Assembly: GCA_003522145.1 (NCBI GenBank)
Contig: DPGD01000031.1
Location: forward strand, 11,227-75,226
DNA from: Clostridiales bacterium
GTDB taxonomy: Bacteria > Bacillota > Clostridia > Oscillospirales > CAG-272
Direction of reading: 5' to 3'
DNA length: 64,000 nucleotides
Below are positions 26,854 through 37,867 of the stretch, in pieces. The notes under the pieces were generated by a model, which saw only the letters and a program-made list of their open reading frames with translations, did not search any database and had not been told where the DNA came from. The number at the start of each line of letters is the position of its first letter. Within the stretch, counting starts at the first letter, position 1. The translations under genes were made by a program, and so were the position numbers.

Positions 26854-27774
26854 ATGAAATACTCTATGGTCAGATTGGATTTGCCGGAGAAGTTTGACTT
26901 GGCTGCCAAGAAAAATTTGATACAGATGGGCGAAGAACGCTTTGAGCGGCAACTGGGAGATCTGACCAGAACCATGCTTTCCAAAAAGGACTTAAAGGTG
27001 GTTTCCCTTTGCGGTCCCAGCTGTGCCGGAAAGACCACCACAGCCAAGAAGATCATTGCCGAGTGTGAAAAGGCCGGGCGGCGGGTGGTCACCCTTTCCA
27101 TCGATGATTTCTATAAGGATCATTGGGTCCTGGTGGCCGAGTGTGAAGCCAAAGGTGTCAAGACCGACTATGAGTCCGTAGATGCAATTGATGTGGACTA
27201 TTTAGGACTTTGCTTTGACCGGATATTTAAGGATTTGGCGGCCCGGCTGCCGATTTTTGATTTTACTGTCGGCGAGCGTGTGGGCTACAGACCTTACCGT
27301 ATGAGAGAACAGGATCTGCTTCTCTTAGAGGGAATTCAGGCAATGTATCCGGCTGTGCGGGCATTGATCGAAAAACATTCGCCCTTCTATGTTTTTATTG
27401 ACGCGATCGACATTCTGTCCACCCCCTACGGGGACTTCGACGGAAGGGAGCTGAGGCTCTGCCGACGGCTGGTGCGGGATTTTTCAAGAAGAAACTCCTC
27501 GGCCGAAAATACCTTTGATTTGTGGAAACAGGTTGTGGAGAATGAAGAAAAATCCATATATCCCTACAAGGGACTGGCCGATTTTACCATCAGCTCCACC
27601 ATGGTTTACGAACCGATGATGTTGAAAGAACCACTGAAAAATGTTTTGGGGATATTGAAAGCTACCGATCGGTATGCCGAAAAAGCCGGAGAGATTTTAA
27701 GGCGCTTTGAACACTTCCCGCAGATGGACGATACACTTCTGCCGGATCATTCGGTTTACCACGAATTCATTTAG
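26854..27774 (+). CDS. Uridine kinase-family / nucleoside kinase-like P-loop protein
   Basis: Walker A GPSCAGKTTTAKKI, then DDFY and LLLEGI blocks as in Udk/PRK-family kinases. The start is ambiguous (26854 or 26866). Confidence 0.7.
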   Translation: MKYSMVRLDLPEKFDLAAKKNLIQMGEERFERQLGDLTRTMLSKKDLKVVSLCGPSCAGKTTTAKKIIAECEKAGRRVVTLSIDDFYKDHWVLVAECEAKGVKTDYESVDAIDVDYLGLCFDRIFKDLAARLPIFDFTVGERVGYRPYRMREQDLLLLEGIQAMYPAVRALIEKHSPFYVFIDAIDILSTPYGDFDGRELRLCRRLVRDFSRRNSSAENTFDLWKQVVENEEKSIYPYKGLADFTISSTMVYEPMMLKEPLKNVLGILKATDRYAEKAGEILRRFEHFPQMDDTLLPDHSVYHEFI

Positions 27775-27789
27775 GCGGAGGGTGGTTTT

Positions 27790-29376
27790 TTGAGAGGAAA
27801 GAAGAATTTCTTTATCGGTATCCTGCTGTTGACTATTTCGGGTGCAGCAGTAAAAATCTGCGGATTGCTGTTTAAAATTCCCTTGGTGTCCATCATCGGT
27901 GAAGACGGCATGGGGTATTTTAATTCGGCTTATGTGATCTACACATTCTTCTATGTCCTCACGACCTCCGGACTGCCCTTAGGTATGTCCATTCTGATTT
28001 CCGGTACCGGGGATCCGTTTTTGAAGCGGCGGTATCTGCGCTCGGCTCTTTGGTCCTTCGGTCTTTTGGGACTTGGAGTTTGCCTTCTCCTGATGCTGTT
28101 TCCCCATCAGATCGCCCGGCTGGTGGGCAACGAACCAGCAAGTTCCTGCCTCAAGGTCATGGGCTTTACCCTTTTGTTTGTCTGTCTTGCGGGGGCCATT
28201 CGGGGCTATTTTCAGGGCGAAAAAAATATGCTTCCTACCGCTGTTTCCCAGGTGGTAGAGGCGGTTTTCAAAACGGCGTTGGGTATTCTTTTCGCTTATT
28301 ATGCAGTGCAAAAGGGAAAAGAACCCTATGAAACGGCTTCCTATGCGCTCTTCGGAATTACGGTGGGCAGTTTTATTTCTCTCGTATATCTGATCCTCAG
28401 ACTTTCAAGAGAAAAGGAACTTTTTAGGAAACAGCCCGGGTGGAAAGCCCCAAAGGGTATTTGCAAAAAGCTCTTTTCGGTGGTTCTTCCGGTCAGTGCA
28501 TCTTCGGTGGTGTTGAGTATTTCTTCGGTTCTGGACCTTGGAATGGTGATGCGCCGTCTTCAATCGACCGGATTCACGCCGGAAGAAGCCAACCGGATGT
28601 ACGGAAATTACAGCGGTTTGGCCATTCCGCTGTTCAATTTGCCTCCGGTGCTGATTGCGCCCATTGCCGCAGCCCTGATTCCCCACCTGACTTCGGCTTT
28701 AGCAGAGAGGAATTCTTTGAAAACCAAAAAGCTGATCGGATCGGCACTGAAACTGACGATGCTGATTTCTGCTCCCTGCGTTTCCGGGCTGGCGGTTCTG
28801 GCAGAGCCCATCCTGTGCCTTCTGTTTCAGGAGGATGCCGCCGTAACCGCCGCACCTTACCTGACCCTCTTGGCGCCTTCGATCCTTTTTGTGGCCCTGT
28901 TTACTGCCGGAAGCGGCCTTTTGCAGGCCAGCGGAGAACGGAATAAACCCATGATCGCCATTGCTGTCGGCGTGGTTTTCAAGCAGATTTCCAGCTATAT
29001 TCTCATTGGGAAATACGGCATGACCGGTGCGCCCATCGGCACCTTTATCTGCTACAGTGCGGCGGCCCTGCTGATCTTCTGCTTTGCTGAAAAGGAGAGA
29101 CTGCTGCAGATTTCCTTTTCTTCGGTGTTCTTTTTTCCCTTGCTTTGCGGCACGCTCTGCGGATTGGCCGCCAAGGCGACGCTTTGGTTGGTGCAGGGTA
29201 CCGGGCGGATTTGGCAGGTGTTGCTTCCGGTGCTGTCGGGAGGGACGGTCTATCTGATTTCCGCACTTCTCACTGGATGCGTGGATGAAGAGGCGCTTTC
29301 GCTTCTGCCCATCGGAAGCAGACTGTCGGGAATGTTGAAAAAAATCGTTGGCAGAAAAAAACGGAGTGAAAAATGA
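27790..29376 (+). CDS. MOP-superfamily flippase (polysaccharide biosynthesis protein; SpoVB/YabM/MurJ-like)
   Basis: About 14 TM segments. TTG start with a GGAGG RBS. Occupies the position of B. subtilis yabM, upstream of yabN-yabO-yabP-yabQ-divIC. Confidence 0.8.
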   Translation: MRGKKNFFIGILLLTISGAAVKICGLLFKIPLVSIIGEDGMGYFNSAYVIYTFFYVLTTSGLPLGMSILISGTGDPFLKRRYLRSALWSFGLLGLGVCLLLMLFPHQIARLVGNEPASSCLKVMGFTLLFVCLAGAIRGYFQGEKNMLPTAVSQVVEAVFKTALGILFAYYAVQKGKEPYETASYALFGITVGSFISLVYLILRLSREKELFRKQPGWKAPKGICKKLFSVVLPVSASSVVLSISSVLDLGMVMRRLQSTGFTPEEANRMYGNYSGLAIPLFNLPPVLIAPIAAALIPHLTSALAERNSLKTKKLIGSALKLTMLISAPCVSGLAVLAEPILCLLFQEDAAVTAAPYLTLLAPSILFVALFTAGSGLLQASGERNKPMIAIAVGVVFKQISSYILIGKYGMTGAPIGTFICYSAAALLIFCFAEKERLLQISFSSVFFFPLLCGTLCGLAAKATLWLVQGTGRIWQVLLPVLSGGTVYLISALLTGCVDEEALSLLPIGSRLSGMLKKIVGRKKRSEK

Positions 29377-30050
29377 CGGAACAAGCAAGCAAACTGATGA
29401 AAGAGCACTATGATTTCAAGGACCTAGTGGCCCTGATGGAGCTTTTGCGCTCCGAGGAAGGATGTCCTTGGGATCGGGCGCAAACTCATGAAAGTATTCG
29501 GAAAAACCTGATTGAAGAATGCTACGAGGCAATTGAAGGTATTGACCGGAAAGATGACGAGCTTCTTTGCGAAGAGCTGGGGGACATTCTTTTGCAGGTG
29601 GTTTTCCATGCACAGATTGCTCAGGATGAGGGAGCGTTCACCATGGAAAGGGTGATTGACGGCATTTGCCGCAAAATGGTGCGGCGTCATCCCCATATTT
29701 TCTCGGATGAAAATTATAGCGAGGAGTTAAAAGCAGAAAGCGCCTATTTCCGTTGGGAGCAAATCAAACAAGCCGAAAAAGACGAAACAAATCTGGAAAG
29801 CTCTCTTGATCGGGTGGCGCGCACACTGCCTTCCTTGATGCGCAGTCAGAAGCTTATAAAGAAAGCGGTACAGGCAGGAAGGCAGACCTCGGGAGAACGC
29901 ACCGACAAAGAGGAACTGCGCAAGCGGTACGAAGCACTTTGTCTTGACGCAGAGGCTTCGGGTGTGGATTTGGAGGAGCTGGGCTACCGGTTCAATGAAG
30001 ATTATATTCGATCAAAAGCTACAGAAGGGAAGAAAACGGATGAGAATTGA
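29373..30050 (+). CDS. mazG: MazG-family nucleoside triphosphate pyrophosphohydrolase (YabN-like)
   Basis: EExxExxEAI and EELGDILLQV MazG motifs. ATGA overlap with the upstream gene. Confidence 0.88.
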   Translation: MTEQASKLMKEHYDFKDLVALMELLRSEEGCPWDRAQTHESIRKNLIEECYEAIEGIDRKDDELLCEELGDILLQVVFHAQIAQDEGAFTMERVIDGICRKMVRRHPHIFSDENYSEELKAESAYFRWEQIKQAEKDETNLESSLDRVARTLPSLMRSQKLIKKAVQAGRQTSGERTDKEELRKRYEALCLDAEASGVDLEELGYRFNEDYIRSKATEGKKTDEN

Positions 30051-30288
30051 CAAATTTCTGAAGGTCTCCCGCATCATCAAGCGGCGTACCGTTGCCAACG
30101 ATGCCTGCGATGCCCAGCACATCAGCGTGAACGGCCGTCCGGTGAAGGCCTCTTATGAAGTGAAGGTGGGCGACGAAGTAACGGTTTCCTTCGGACAGAA
30201 AAAGTTGGTTTTTCTGGTGAAGGATGTGAAGGAGCATGTTCTGAAGGACGGAGCAGCGGAGCTTTATGAAGTGATCTCTCAGGAGTGA
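30040..30288 (+). CDS. yabO: S4-domain RNA-binding protein (YabO/Hsp15-like)
   Basis: MRIDKFLKVSRIIKRRTVA... S4 motif. Overlaps the mazG 3' end by 11 nt. Conserved synteny. Confidence 0.85.
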   Translation: MRIDKFLKVSRIIKRRTVANDACDAQHISVNGRPVKASYEVKVGDEVTVSFGQKKLVFLVKDVKEHVLKDGAAELYEVISQE

Positions 30289-30296
30289 TTTCCGGC

Positions 30297-30325
30297 TCAT
30301 ATTCCTTGGTATTTCCGCATAGTGT
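30297..30325 (+). promoter_or_regulatory. Sigma-E-type (mother-cell) promoter upstream of yabP-yabQ-divIC
   Basis: TCATATT (30297-30303), 14 nt spacer, CATAGTGT (30318-30325). Compared with the B. subtilis sigma-E consensus as I recall it: (G/T)(A/C/T)ATAxx-14 bp-CATACAxT. Confidence 0.6.
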
Positions 30326-30357
30326 AGAAAAGAATGACATTCTGCGGAGGTAAAGAA

Positions 30358-30630
30358 ATGAACGGTGAAATCAGTAAAAATCAGGAACTGCACTTAGAGA
30401 ATCGGGAAGCGCTTTCTCTGTCCGGCGTTTTGGATATTCTGGGTTTTGAGGATACCAATCTTCTGGTGCGCACAGAACTGGGAGACCTGAATATAGACGG
30501 GAACGATTTGCGTGTGAAGGAATTGTCTTTGGAAAGCGGTCGCCTGCTGTTGCAGGGAAAGATCGACGGAATTTACTATATCTCCTCTTCAGAGAAGAAA
30601 AAAGGCGGCCTGTTCGGGAGAAAAAGTTGA
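30358..30630 (+). CDS. yabP: Sporulation protein YabP
   Basis: YabP-like sequence (LENREALSLSGVLDILGFEDTNLLVRTELGDLNIDGNDLRV). GGAGGT RBS 6 nt before ATG 30358. A sigma-E-type promoter lies upstream. Confidence 0.85.
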   Translation: MNGEISKNQELHLENREALSLSGVLDILGFEDTNLLVRTELGDLNIDGNDLRVKELSLESGRLLLQGKIDGIYYISSSEKKKGGLFGRKS

Positions 30631-31142
30631 TGTTTCTGGTCAGCAAAAAGGAACTGGTGCTGTATCTGTTGCGTGCCTTTTTCCTTGGAGGATTCATTGG
30701 TTTTTCCTATCTTCTATCCGGTTTTTTCCGTCTTGCGTTCCAAAGAATCGCCGGAAGGAGAAGAAAACTCTTTTACCGCATCGGCTTGATTCTTCCCGAC
30801 CTTCTTTTCTGTCTTACGGCGGCATTCCTGAATATCCTGATGATCTACAGTGCCAACAGAGGACAGGTACGGCTTGTGGCTCTTATGGCCGAATTGCTTG
30901 GATTGCTTGGCCCCCTGGCCTTAAGGCAGAAGGCCTATCAACTTGAAAAGCGGATTTTACGAGCGCTCTATAGGGCTTTGATTGCACCTGTGCGCAAAGT
31001 CATAGGGATACAGGTTGAAAAAGTAAAAGCCAAGGTTCGGTTGAGAAAACTAAAGGAACTGGATAAGCAAACCGACCGGTTGCTTGAAAAAGCGGCAAGT
31101 GAAAATGTTCGGATGTTGGATGAGCTGCTTTTCGGTAAATAA
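30630..31142 (+). CDS. yabQ: Spore cortex biosynthesis protein YabQ
   Basis: Membrane protein directly after yabP (TGATG overlap), with a charged coiled-coil-like C-terminus. Synteny with B. subtilis yabP-yabQ-divIC. Confidence 0.75.
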   Translation: MFLVSKKELVLYLLRAFFLGGFIGFSYLLSGFFRLAFQRIAGRRRKLFYRIGLILPDLLFCLTAAFLNILMIYSANRGQVRLVALMAELLGLLGPLALRQKAYQLEKRILRALYRALIAPVRKVIGIQVEKVKAKVRLRKLKELDKQTDRLLEKAASENVRMLDELLFGK

Positions 31143-31171
31143 AAACAAGGAAAGAAAAAGGAGGAAATTCC

Positions 31172-31453
31172 ATGAAGGGAGAAATCAATCTTCTTGTACG
31201 GATCGCAGTGGCGTTGTTCATTGTTTTCTGCCTTGTGACGATTATTGATTTGCAGATCCGGATGAACAATCTGGACAAACAAAAGGAAGTGCTGACCGGC
31301 CAGATGCAGGATTTGCAGGAAGAGATTGCCGAATTGGAATACAACCTGCGCCAGCCCTACGATGACAGTTATGCGGCCAAGGTGGCAAGGCAGGTGCTGA
31401 AATACCATTTTCCGGACGAAATTCTCTTTGTGAACGACTTGTATGAAAACTGA
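31172..31453 (+). CDS. divIC: Septum formation initiator (DivIC/FtsB family)
   Basis: Single TM segment plus a coiled coil (LDKQKEVLTGQMQDLQEEIAELE). Conserved position. Confidence 0.85.
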   Translation: MKGEINLLVRIAVALFIVFCLVTIIDLQIRMNNLDKQKEVLTGQMQDLQEEIAELEYNLRQPYDDSYAAKVARQVLKYHFPDEILFVNDLYEN

Positions 31454-31460
31454 GGCATCC

Positions 31461-32375
31461 ATGGAATTTGAAATCGGCCAGGAAGACAGCAAAAAGAGTG
31501 TCAAGCAGTTTTTATACAACACCTTGCGCCTTTCTCACGGACAGGTGACGGCGCTGAAAAGGCAGGAGCGGGGAATTCTTTTAAACGGGGAGCGGGTTTT
31601 TGTCACCGCTCTGTTGCAGGAAGGGGATCGGCTTTCCCTGCTTTTGGAGGATCGGGAAGAGCACAAACCCTTGGTTCCATTTGCGTGTCCGTTGGAGATC
31701 CTTTACGAGGACGAGACTCTTCTTTGCGTCAACAAACCACCCTTTATGCCCACACATCCGTCGCTGAATCACTACGACGACACCTTGGCCAACGCTCTGG
31801 CGGAATACTTTCGCCTGAAAAACAGACCCTTTGTTTTCCGGGGAATCAACCGTCTGGACCGGGACACCAGCGGTGTTATACTGGTGGCCAAAAACCGGTA
31901 TGCCGCTTCCTTGCTGTCCAAACAGGTGGCAGAGCGGCAGATGGACAAGCAGTATCTGGCGCTTCTCGAAGGAACCTTGGAGCAGGATAGGGGTTTTATT
32001 GACCGGAATATTGTAAGAGCCGAGGAAAGCCTGATGCTCCGCCGGGTGGCCCATGACAGTGAGGGCAGCCGGGCGCTGACCGAATACCGGGTTTGTATGC
32101 GTAAAAACGGAAAAACTTTGGTTATAGCCATTCCCCATACCGGAAGAACCCATCAGTTGCGCGTCCACTTCTCCTTTCTTGGCCATCCGATTGTGGGAGA
32201 TACGCTTTACGGAGCCTTCTCCGAGGAAATTGACCGACAGGCTCTGCACGCTTACAGTCTCGGATTTACTCACCCTGCAAGCGGTGAAAAAATGAAAATC
32301 AAGGCACCTCTTCCGAAGGATATGGAACAGCTGCTGATGAAAAACGGATTTGTATGGGAAAGGGAAGAACTATGA
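31461..32375 (+). CDS. RluA-family pseudouridine synthase
   Basis: Catalytic motif NRLDRDTSGV and THQLRVH. N-terminal S4-like segment. Start at 31461 (TGAGG RBS) or 31443. Confidence 0.88.
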   Translation: MEFEIGQEDSKKSVKQFLYNTLRLSHGQVTALKRQERGILLNGERVFVTALLQEGDRLSLLLEDREEHKPLVPFACPLEILYEDETLLCVNKPPFMPTHPSLNHYDDTLANALAEYFRLKNRPFVFRGINRLDRDTSGVILVAKNRYAASLLSKQVAERQMDKQYLALLEGTLEQDRGFIDRNIVRAEESLMLRRVAHDSEGSRALTEYRVCMRKNGKTLVIAIPHTGRTHQLRVHFSFLGHPIVGDTLYGAFSEEIDRQALHAYSLGFTHPASGEKMKIKAPLPKDMEQLLMKNGFVWEREEL

Positions 32376-33520
32376 AGGCATTTTTCAAGAAAATATGGTC
32401 AACCGTCCGGCGGAACTGTTCCATACCGGCCATCGTATTCTACGGATTGGCGATTTTTTCCCTGATCCTTCACCTTCTCTGTATTTTCATTCCTGCCTTT
32501 GCTGATTTTTTCAATATTTACATTGCCGGAACCGCCCGTTTTCTTCTTGCCAAGCTCACCGGATTTCTTCCGGTTTCCCTCGCAGAACTGCTGATTTGTT
32601 TGGTACCTCTGCTCCTTATTTTCATCGTTGTTTTCTCCATATATCATGCGAGAAAGGAACACTATACGCTTCTGACCCGCTTTTTCTGCGGTGCCTTTGC
32701 CATTGTTTCCCTGTTTTACAGTTTGTTTGTCTTTACTTTGGGCACAGGCTATCACGGCTCCGCCTTGGAAACAAAGCTGAATTTGGATCGGAAGGAGCTG
32801 ACCACCAAACAGCTGGAGGAGGTTGCCTCCTGGCTGGCTGAGGAGCTGAACAAGTGTCTGCCGCAGGTGCAGTTTATGAACGACTCTTCCTCGGTGATGC
32901 CCTATGATTTTGACGAACTGAATGAGAAGCTGAACATCGCCTACAAGCAGATTTCCGAAAAATATGATTTTATCATGGGATTCTCTTCAAGGGTCAAGCC
33001 GGTGATGAACAGCGATATGATGTCCAAAGCGGGGCTTTTGGGGATGTATACCTACTATACCGGCGAATCCAATGTGAATGTGGACTACAACGACTACAAT
33101 CTGGTATTCACCTGCGCCCACGAAATGGCCCACCAGAGAGGGCTTTCCAAGGAGGACGAGGCCAATTTCATAGCATTTCTGGTTTGTCTGGAAAGCGATG
33201 ATCCTTATATCAACTATTGCGGTTATCTGAATATGTTTGAATATATGCTCAATCCCTTGTATAAGGCGCTGAAAGAAGAGGAGAACACCGCCGAATATTA
33301 CAGTGTTTTAAGAAAAGCGGACGAACGGGCACGGATCGACATCGGCGTGTCGAGCAAGAAAACCGCTGAAAATCAGAGCGGTCTGATTTATAAGATCAGC
33401 AATACGGCCAACGATGCCTATATCAAGATCAACGGTGACGAAAACGGCAGTGCCAGCTACGGCCTGGTCATTGAGCTTGCCGCCGCTTATTACTACAATC
33501 TGAAGGGACAGACCGCATAG
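32372..33520 (+). CDS. DUF3810-like membrane-anchored putative zinc metallopeptidase
   Basis: N-terminal TM segments and an HEMAHQRG (HExxH) motif. ATGA overlap with the upstream stop when ATG 32372 is used. Confidence 0.7.
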   Translation: MKAFFKKIWSTVRRNCSIPAIVFYGLAIFSLILHLLCIFIPAFADFFNIYIAGTARFLLAKLTGFLPVSLAELLICLVPLLLIFIVVFSIYHARKEHYTLLTRFFCGAFAIVSLFYSLFVFTLGTGYHGSALETKLNLDRKELTTKQLEEVASWLAEELNKCLPQVQFMNDSSSVMPYDFDELNEKLNIAYKQISEKYDFIMGFSSRVKPVMNSDMMSKAGLLGMYTYYTGESNVNVDYNDYNLVFTCAHEMAHQRGLSKEDEANFIAFLVCLESDDPYINYCGYLNMFEYMLNPLYKALKEEENTAEYYSVLRKADERARIDIGVSSKKTAENQSGLIYKISNTANDAYIKINGDENGSASYGLVIELAAAYYYNLKGQTA

Positions 33521-33580
33521 GTATCTTTCAATGAAGCGAACCTCTACAGCAGAAGTGTTTCAACAAAAGGAGTGAGCAAT

Positions 33581-35485
33581 ATGAAGGAAGTGGAAAAACA
33601 GGGCGACCTTCCGCGCTATCTCTTCCACAAAGGGGAGAATTTTACCGCCTATGACTATTTAGGCGCTCACCGCCTGAAGGACGGAGGGGTGGTATTCCGG
33701 GTATGGGCGCCCAGGGCTCAAGGCGTATATCTGGTGTGCGACACCCTCGGCTGGGAAACCGGACGGGAGATGCAAAAGCTTTCCGATGAAGGAATATGGG
33801 AGACAACCCTTTCGGAAGCAAAAAGCCCCGAAGGAATGCGTTACAAATTCAGAGTTGTTTCGGCGGCGGGCGTAAAGTTCAAGAGCGACCCCTACGCATT
33901 CTACAGCGAGACCTTGCAAAAGAACGCTTCTATTCTCTATACCAGGAGCAATTATACCTTCAAAGATGAAAAATATCTTGAAAAGAGGCGAAAGATCGCC
34001 GAAAGCGGGCACTACTATCCGGCTCCGCTGAACATTTATGAGGTACACTTAGCCTCCTTCATGACGAAGGACGGCATGAGCAATGAGGACGGGGAGCACT
34101 ACCTGAACTACAGAGAATTGGCCAAAAAACTGGGTGACTATGTACAGCGGACAGGCTATACCCATGTGGAATTGCTACCCATTACCGAGTACCCCTACGA
34201 CGGCTCCTGGGGCTATCAGGTCTGCGGATATTTCGCCCCTACCTCCCGCTTCGGTTCGCCCGATGATTTCAAATACTTTGTAGACGAACTGCACAAAAGA
34301 GGCATCGGCGTTATTTTGGACTGGGTTCCGGCCCATTTTCCCAAGGACGAGCACGGTCTTTACGAATTTGACGGGGCTCCCCTATATGAATACAGCGATA
34401 TTCAGCGTATGGAGCAACCCTCCTGGGGAACCAGATGCTTTGATGTGGCAAGAAACGAAGTCCGGTGTTTCCTTATTTCCAGCGCTCTGTACTGGTTGAG
34501 GACCTATCATGTGGACGGCTTGCGGATCGATGCTGTGGCCTCCATGCTCTATTTAGACTATGACCGTATGCCCGGATACTGGACGCCGAATATCTACGGC
34601 GGGAAAGAAAATTTAGAGTCGATTGAGTTTTTCAAAAGGCTGAACACCGCCATACACCGGGAATTTCCCGATGTGCTGACCATTGCCGAAGAATCCACGG
34701 CCTTTCCAAAGGTCACAGGAAGGGTAGAGGAGGGAGGACTTGGCTTTTCCATGAAATGGAACATGGGCTGGGCAAACGATATGTTTCGTTATGTGGCCTG
34801 CGATCCGGTGGGCAGGGAAGATCTGCACTCCGCATTGACCTTTCCCATGATGTACGCCTTCAGCGAGCACTATGTGCTTCCGGTATCCCACGACGAGGTG
34901 GTGCATGGCAAAAAGTCCCTGATCGACAAAATGTTCGGCAGCTATGAGCAGAAATTTTCCGGAATCCGGTTGTTTTTCCTCTTTCAGATGACCTTTCCCG
35001 GAAAAAAGCTCACCTTTATGGGGTGTGAATTCGGACAGTTCCGGGAGTGGGATTATAAGAATCCGTTGGAATGGTTCCTTCTCCGGTATCCCAACCATGA
35101 CGGCTTGCGGAAATATTCGACAGAGTTGAACCGATTTTACCGGAACCATCCCCAGCTTTTTGAGGATGACTACAGCTGGAACGGCTTTCAGTGGATCAAT
35201 GCCGATTTAGCAGGCTGGAATCTGATCAGCTACACGAGAAAGGACCTTTCGGGAAAAGCCCTTCATGTGGTACTGAACTTTTCGGGCAGTGACCGGAAAA
35301 ATTACTGGCTGGAAGTTCCAAAGGACTTTGACACCTATAAAATCGTCTTTACCTCCGACAAAAAAAAGTATGGCGGAAAAACGGAGACGGGCGGTTTGAG
35401 AAAGACCTTCAAAAAAAATGACAAGACTTATATACGCCTGAATCTTTCGGCCCTTTCCGGACTGATCGTAGAAGGCGTGAAATAG
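33581..35485 (+). CDS. glgB: 1,4-alpha-glucan branching enzyme
   Basis: CBM48 plus GH13 catalytic blocks (DWVPAHF, GLRIDAV, EESTA, SHDEV). AAGGAG RBS 8 nt before ATG 33581. Confidence 0.95.
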   Translation: MKEVEKQGDLPRYLFHKGENFTAYDYLGAHRLKDGGVVFRVWAPRAQGVYLVCDTLGWETGREMQKLSDEGIWETTLSEAKSPEGMRYKFRVVSAAGVKFKSDPYAFYSETLQKNASILYTRSNYTFKDEKYLEKRRKIAESGHYYPAPLNIYEVHLASFMTKDGMSNEDGEHYLNYRELAKKLGDYVQRTGYTHVELLPITEYPYDGSWGYQVCGYFAPTSRFGSPDDFKYFVDELHKRGIGVILDWVPAHFPKDEHGLYEFDGAPLYEYSDIQRMEQPSWGTRCFDVARNEVRCFLISSALYWLRTYHVDGLRIDAVASMLYLDYDRMPGYWTPNIYGGKENLESIEFFKRLNTAIHREFPDVLTIAEESTAFPKVTGRVEEGGLGFSMKWNMGWANDMFRYVACDPVGREDLHSALTFPMMYAFSEHYVLPVSHDEVVHGKKSLIDKMFGSYEQKFSGIRLFFLFQMTFPGKKLTFMGCEFGQFREWDYKNPLEWFLLRYPNHDGLRKYSTELNRFYRNHPQLFEDDYSWNGFQWINADLAGWNLISYTRKDLSGKALHVVLNFSGSDRKNYWLEVPKDFDTYKIVFTSDKKKYGGKTETGGLRKTFKKNDKTYIRLNLSALSGLIVEGVK

Positions 35486-35499
35486 AACGGAGGAAGGAT

Positions 35500-36723
35500 A
35501 TGTTTAGCAAAAAAGAATGTGTGGCAATGCTATTGGCAGGGGGACAGGGAAGCAGGCTGTACGCTTTAACCGAAACAACCGCCAAACCGGCCGTCCCCTT
35601 CGGCGGAAAATACCGGATCATCGATTTTCCCCTTTCCAACTGCGTGAATTCGGGCATCGATACCGTAGGTGTTCTGACGCAGTACCAGCCGTTGGTGCTG
35701 AACGAATACATCGGCAACGGTCAGCCCTGGGACTTGGACCGGACCTCCGGGGGAGTGATGGTGCTACCGCCCTATCAGGCAAAGGACGGTGCGGACTGGT
35801 ATAAAGGCACCGCCAACGCCATTTATCAGAACCTGAACTTCATCAACCGCTACGATCCGGATTATGTGCTGATTCTGTCCGGCGACCATATTTACAATAT
35901 GGATTATTCTCTGATGCTGGATTTCCACAAAAAGCACAACGCAGACTGCACCATCGCCGTTTTCAGAGTTCCGCTGTCCGAAGCCTCCCGCTTCGGTATC
36001 ATGTATACCGACGAGAACGGAAGGATCACCGAATTTGCGGAAAAACCCAAGAATCCCAAGTCCACCCTGGCCTCCATGGGCATCTACATCTTTAATCGGA
36101 GGATTTTAGAGAAATTCCTGATTGCCGATGCGGCAAATAAGGATTCGGAAAATGATTTCGGCAAAAACATCATTCCCGCCATGCTGAATTCGGGAGCGAA
36201 TATGTATGCTTACCGCTTCGACGGGTATTGGAAGGATGTGGGCACGATCGACAGCCTTTGGGAGGCCAATATGGATCTGCTCGGCTCCGAGCCGGTATTC
36301 AACCTGCACGACCGGCGCCATAAGATTTTTTCAAGAAACGGCGCCCGTCAGCCGCAATATATCGGCGAAGAAGCGGAAGTGACCAATTCGCTGGTGACCG
36401 AAGGATGTGAAATCTACGGCAAGGTCTTTAATTCGGTCTTGTTCTCGGGTGTTTATGTAGCGCCCGGAGCGGTAGTCCGGGACAGTGTGATCTTTTCGGA
36501 CAGCAAAATCTTAGGCGGGGCTGTCATCAATTATTCCATGCTCGATCACGATGTGGTGGTCGGCACCGGGGCAGTGGTCGGCGAAGAGAAGAATAAAGGC
36601 GGAAAAATTGCCGTGGTGGGAGCAGATGTCTCCATAAACCCTGGAGAGGTGGTAAAGGGCGGAGCAATGCTCTATCCTCAGACCGAAAAGGAACTTGAAA
36701 AGGAGAAGTACGAAGATGATTGA
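35500..36723 (+). CDS. glgC: Glucose-1-phosphate adenylyltransferase
   Basis: [19 protein letters not shown] and GTANAIYQN motifs, with a left-handed beta-helix C-terminus. Confidence 0.95.
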   Translation: MFSKKECVAMLLAGGQGSRLYALTETTAKPAVPFGGKYRIIDFPLSNCVNSGIDTVGVLTQYQPLVLNEYIGNGQPWDLDRTSGGVMVLPPYQAKDGADWYKGTANAIYQNLNFINRYDPDYVLILSGDHIYNMDYSLMLDFHKKHNADCTIAVFRVPLSEASRFGIMYTDENGRITEFAEKPKNPKSTLASMGIYIFNRRILEKFLIADAANKDSENDFGKNIIPAMLNSGANMYAYRFDGYWKDVGTIDSLWEANMDLLGSEPVFNLHDRRHKIFSRNGARQPQYIGEEAEVTNSLVTEGCEIYGKVFNSVLFSGVYVAPGAVVRDSVIFSDSKILGGAVINYSMLDHDVVVGTGAVVGEEKNKGGKIAVVGADVSINPGEVVKGGAMLYPQTEKELEKEKYEDD

Positions 36724-37846
36724 CGGCATTATTTTTTCCAATCTTCATGACGATGTAATTCCCGAACTGACCAAAGAACGCACCATGGCATCTCTGCCCT
36801 TCGGATGCCGGTATCGGCTGATCGACTTCCCCCTTTCCAACATGGTCAATTCCGGCATCAACAATGTGTATGTGGTGACACAGCGGAACTACCAGTCGTT
36901 GACCGACCATCTGGGGTCCGGGAAGGACTGGGATCTGGCCCGCCGTTCGGGCGGACTGAAAATCATGACGCCCTACATCAGCGCTTTTGCCGGAAACGGC
37001 ATTGCCCGGTTCAATTCCAGACTGGAAGCCCTGAAAAGCATTTCCAATGCCATCTTCAACATGACCAGTGATTATGTGGTTTTGGCCGACTGCGACGGCA
37101 TCTGCAACATCAACCTGAACGATATGATTGCGCAGCATGAGCGCACCGGTGCGGACATCACCATTGCCGTGAAACGCATGAATGTGACGCCGGAGCGGGC
37201 GGAGCGGGCCGTTCTGCTTCAGTCGGATGAAAACGGCCGGGTGACGGAGGTTTGGGTTCGTCCCTCCAGAATGTCGGGAAGCTATGATGTAAACATCAAC
37301 ATCTGGGTGATCTCCCGCAGATACCTACAGAGTATGGTGCATGAAGGACTTGCCCGGAACCTGACCAGTATGTCCAGAGACTTTCTTTGCAGAAATCTCG
37401 GTTTTGCGAAATACATGATTTACCGTTACGAAGGCTATTATGCCTGCTTTACCTCTTTGCAGGACTATTACGCCAGCTCCATGGGGCTTTTGGGCAACGG
37501 CGAAGCACGCAATTCCATCTTCAAGGTAAAAAACCGTCCGATCATCACCAAAGTGCGAAATTCCACCCCCACCAAATACAATGAAGGAGCCGTGGTGAAG
37601 AATTCCCTGATTGCAGACGGCTGCGTCATTGAGGGAACCGTGAAGAATTCCATTCTGTTCCGGGGCGTAAAGGTCGGAAAGAACACGGTGATTGAAAATT
37701 CTATCCTCTTTCAGGATACCTACACCGGAAACAATGTGACCCTGAACTGTGTGATCACCGACAAGAATGTGGTCATCCGGGATTACCGGAACCTTTCGGG
37801 CTACAGTACCATGCCTTTCTGCATCGGCAAGAGCAAAATGGTGTAA
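36716..37846 (+). CDS. glgD: Glucose-1-phosphate adenylyltransferase subunit GlgD
   Basis: GlgC paralogue lacking the GGxGxRL loop ([12 protein letters not shown] retained). 8 nt overlap with glgC. Firmicutes glgC-glgD arrangement. Confidence 0.9.
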   Translation: MIDGIIFSNLHDDVIPELTKERTMASLPFGCRYRLIDFPLSNMVNSGINNVYVVTQRNYQSLTDHLGSGKDWDLARRSGGLKIMTPYISAFAGNGIARFNSRLEALKSISNAIFNMTSDYVVLADCDGICNINLNDMIAQHERTGADITIAVKRMNVTPERAERAVLLQSDENGRVTEVWVRPSRMSGSYDVNINIWVISRRYLQSMVHEGLARNLTSMSRDFLCRNLGFAKYMIYRYEGYYACFTSLQDYYASSMGLLGNGEARNSIFKVKNRPIITKVRNSTPTKYNEGAVVKNSLIADGCVIEGTVKNSILFRGVKVGKNTVIENSILFQDTYTGNNVTLNCVITDKNVVIRDYRNLSGYSTMPFCIGKSKMV

Positions 37847-37867
37847 ACGAAAAATACAGAGAAAAGA

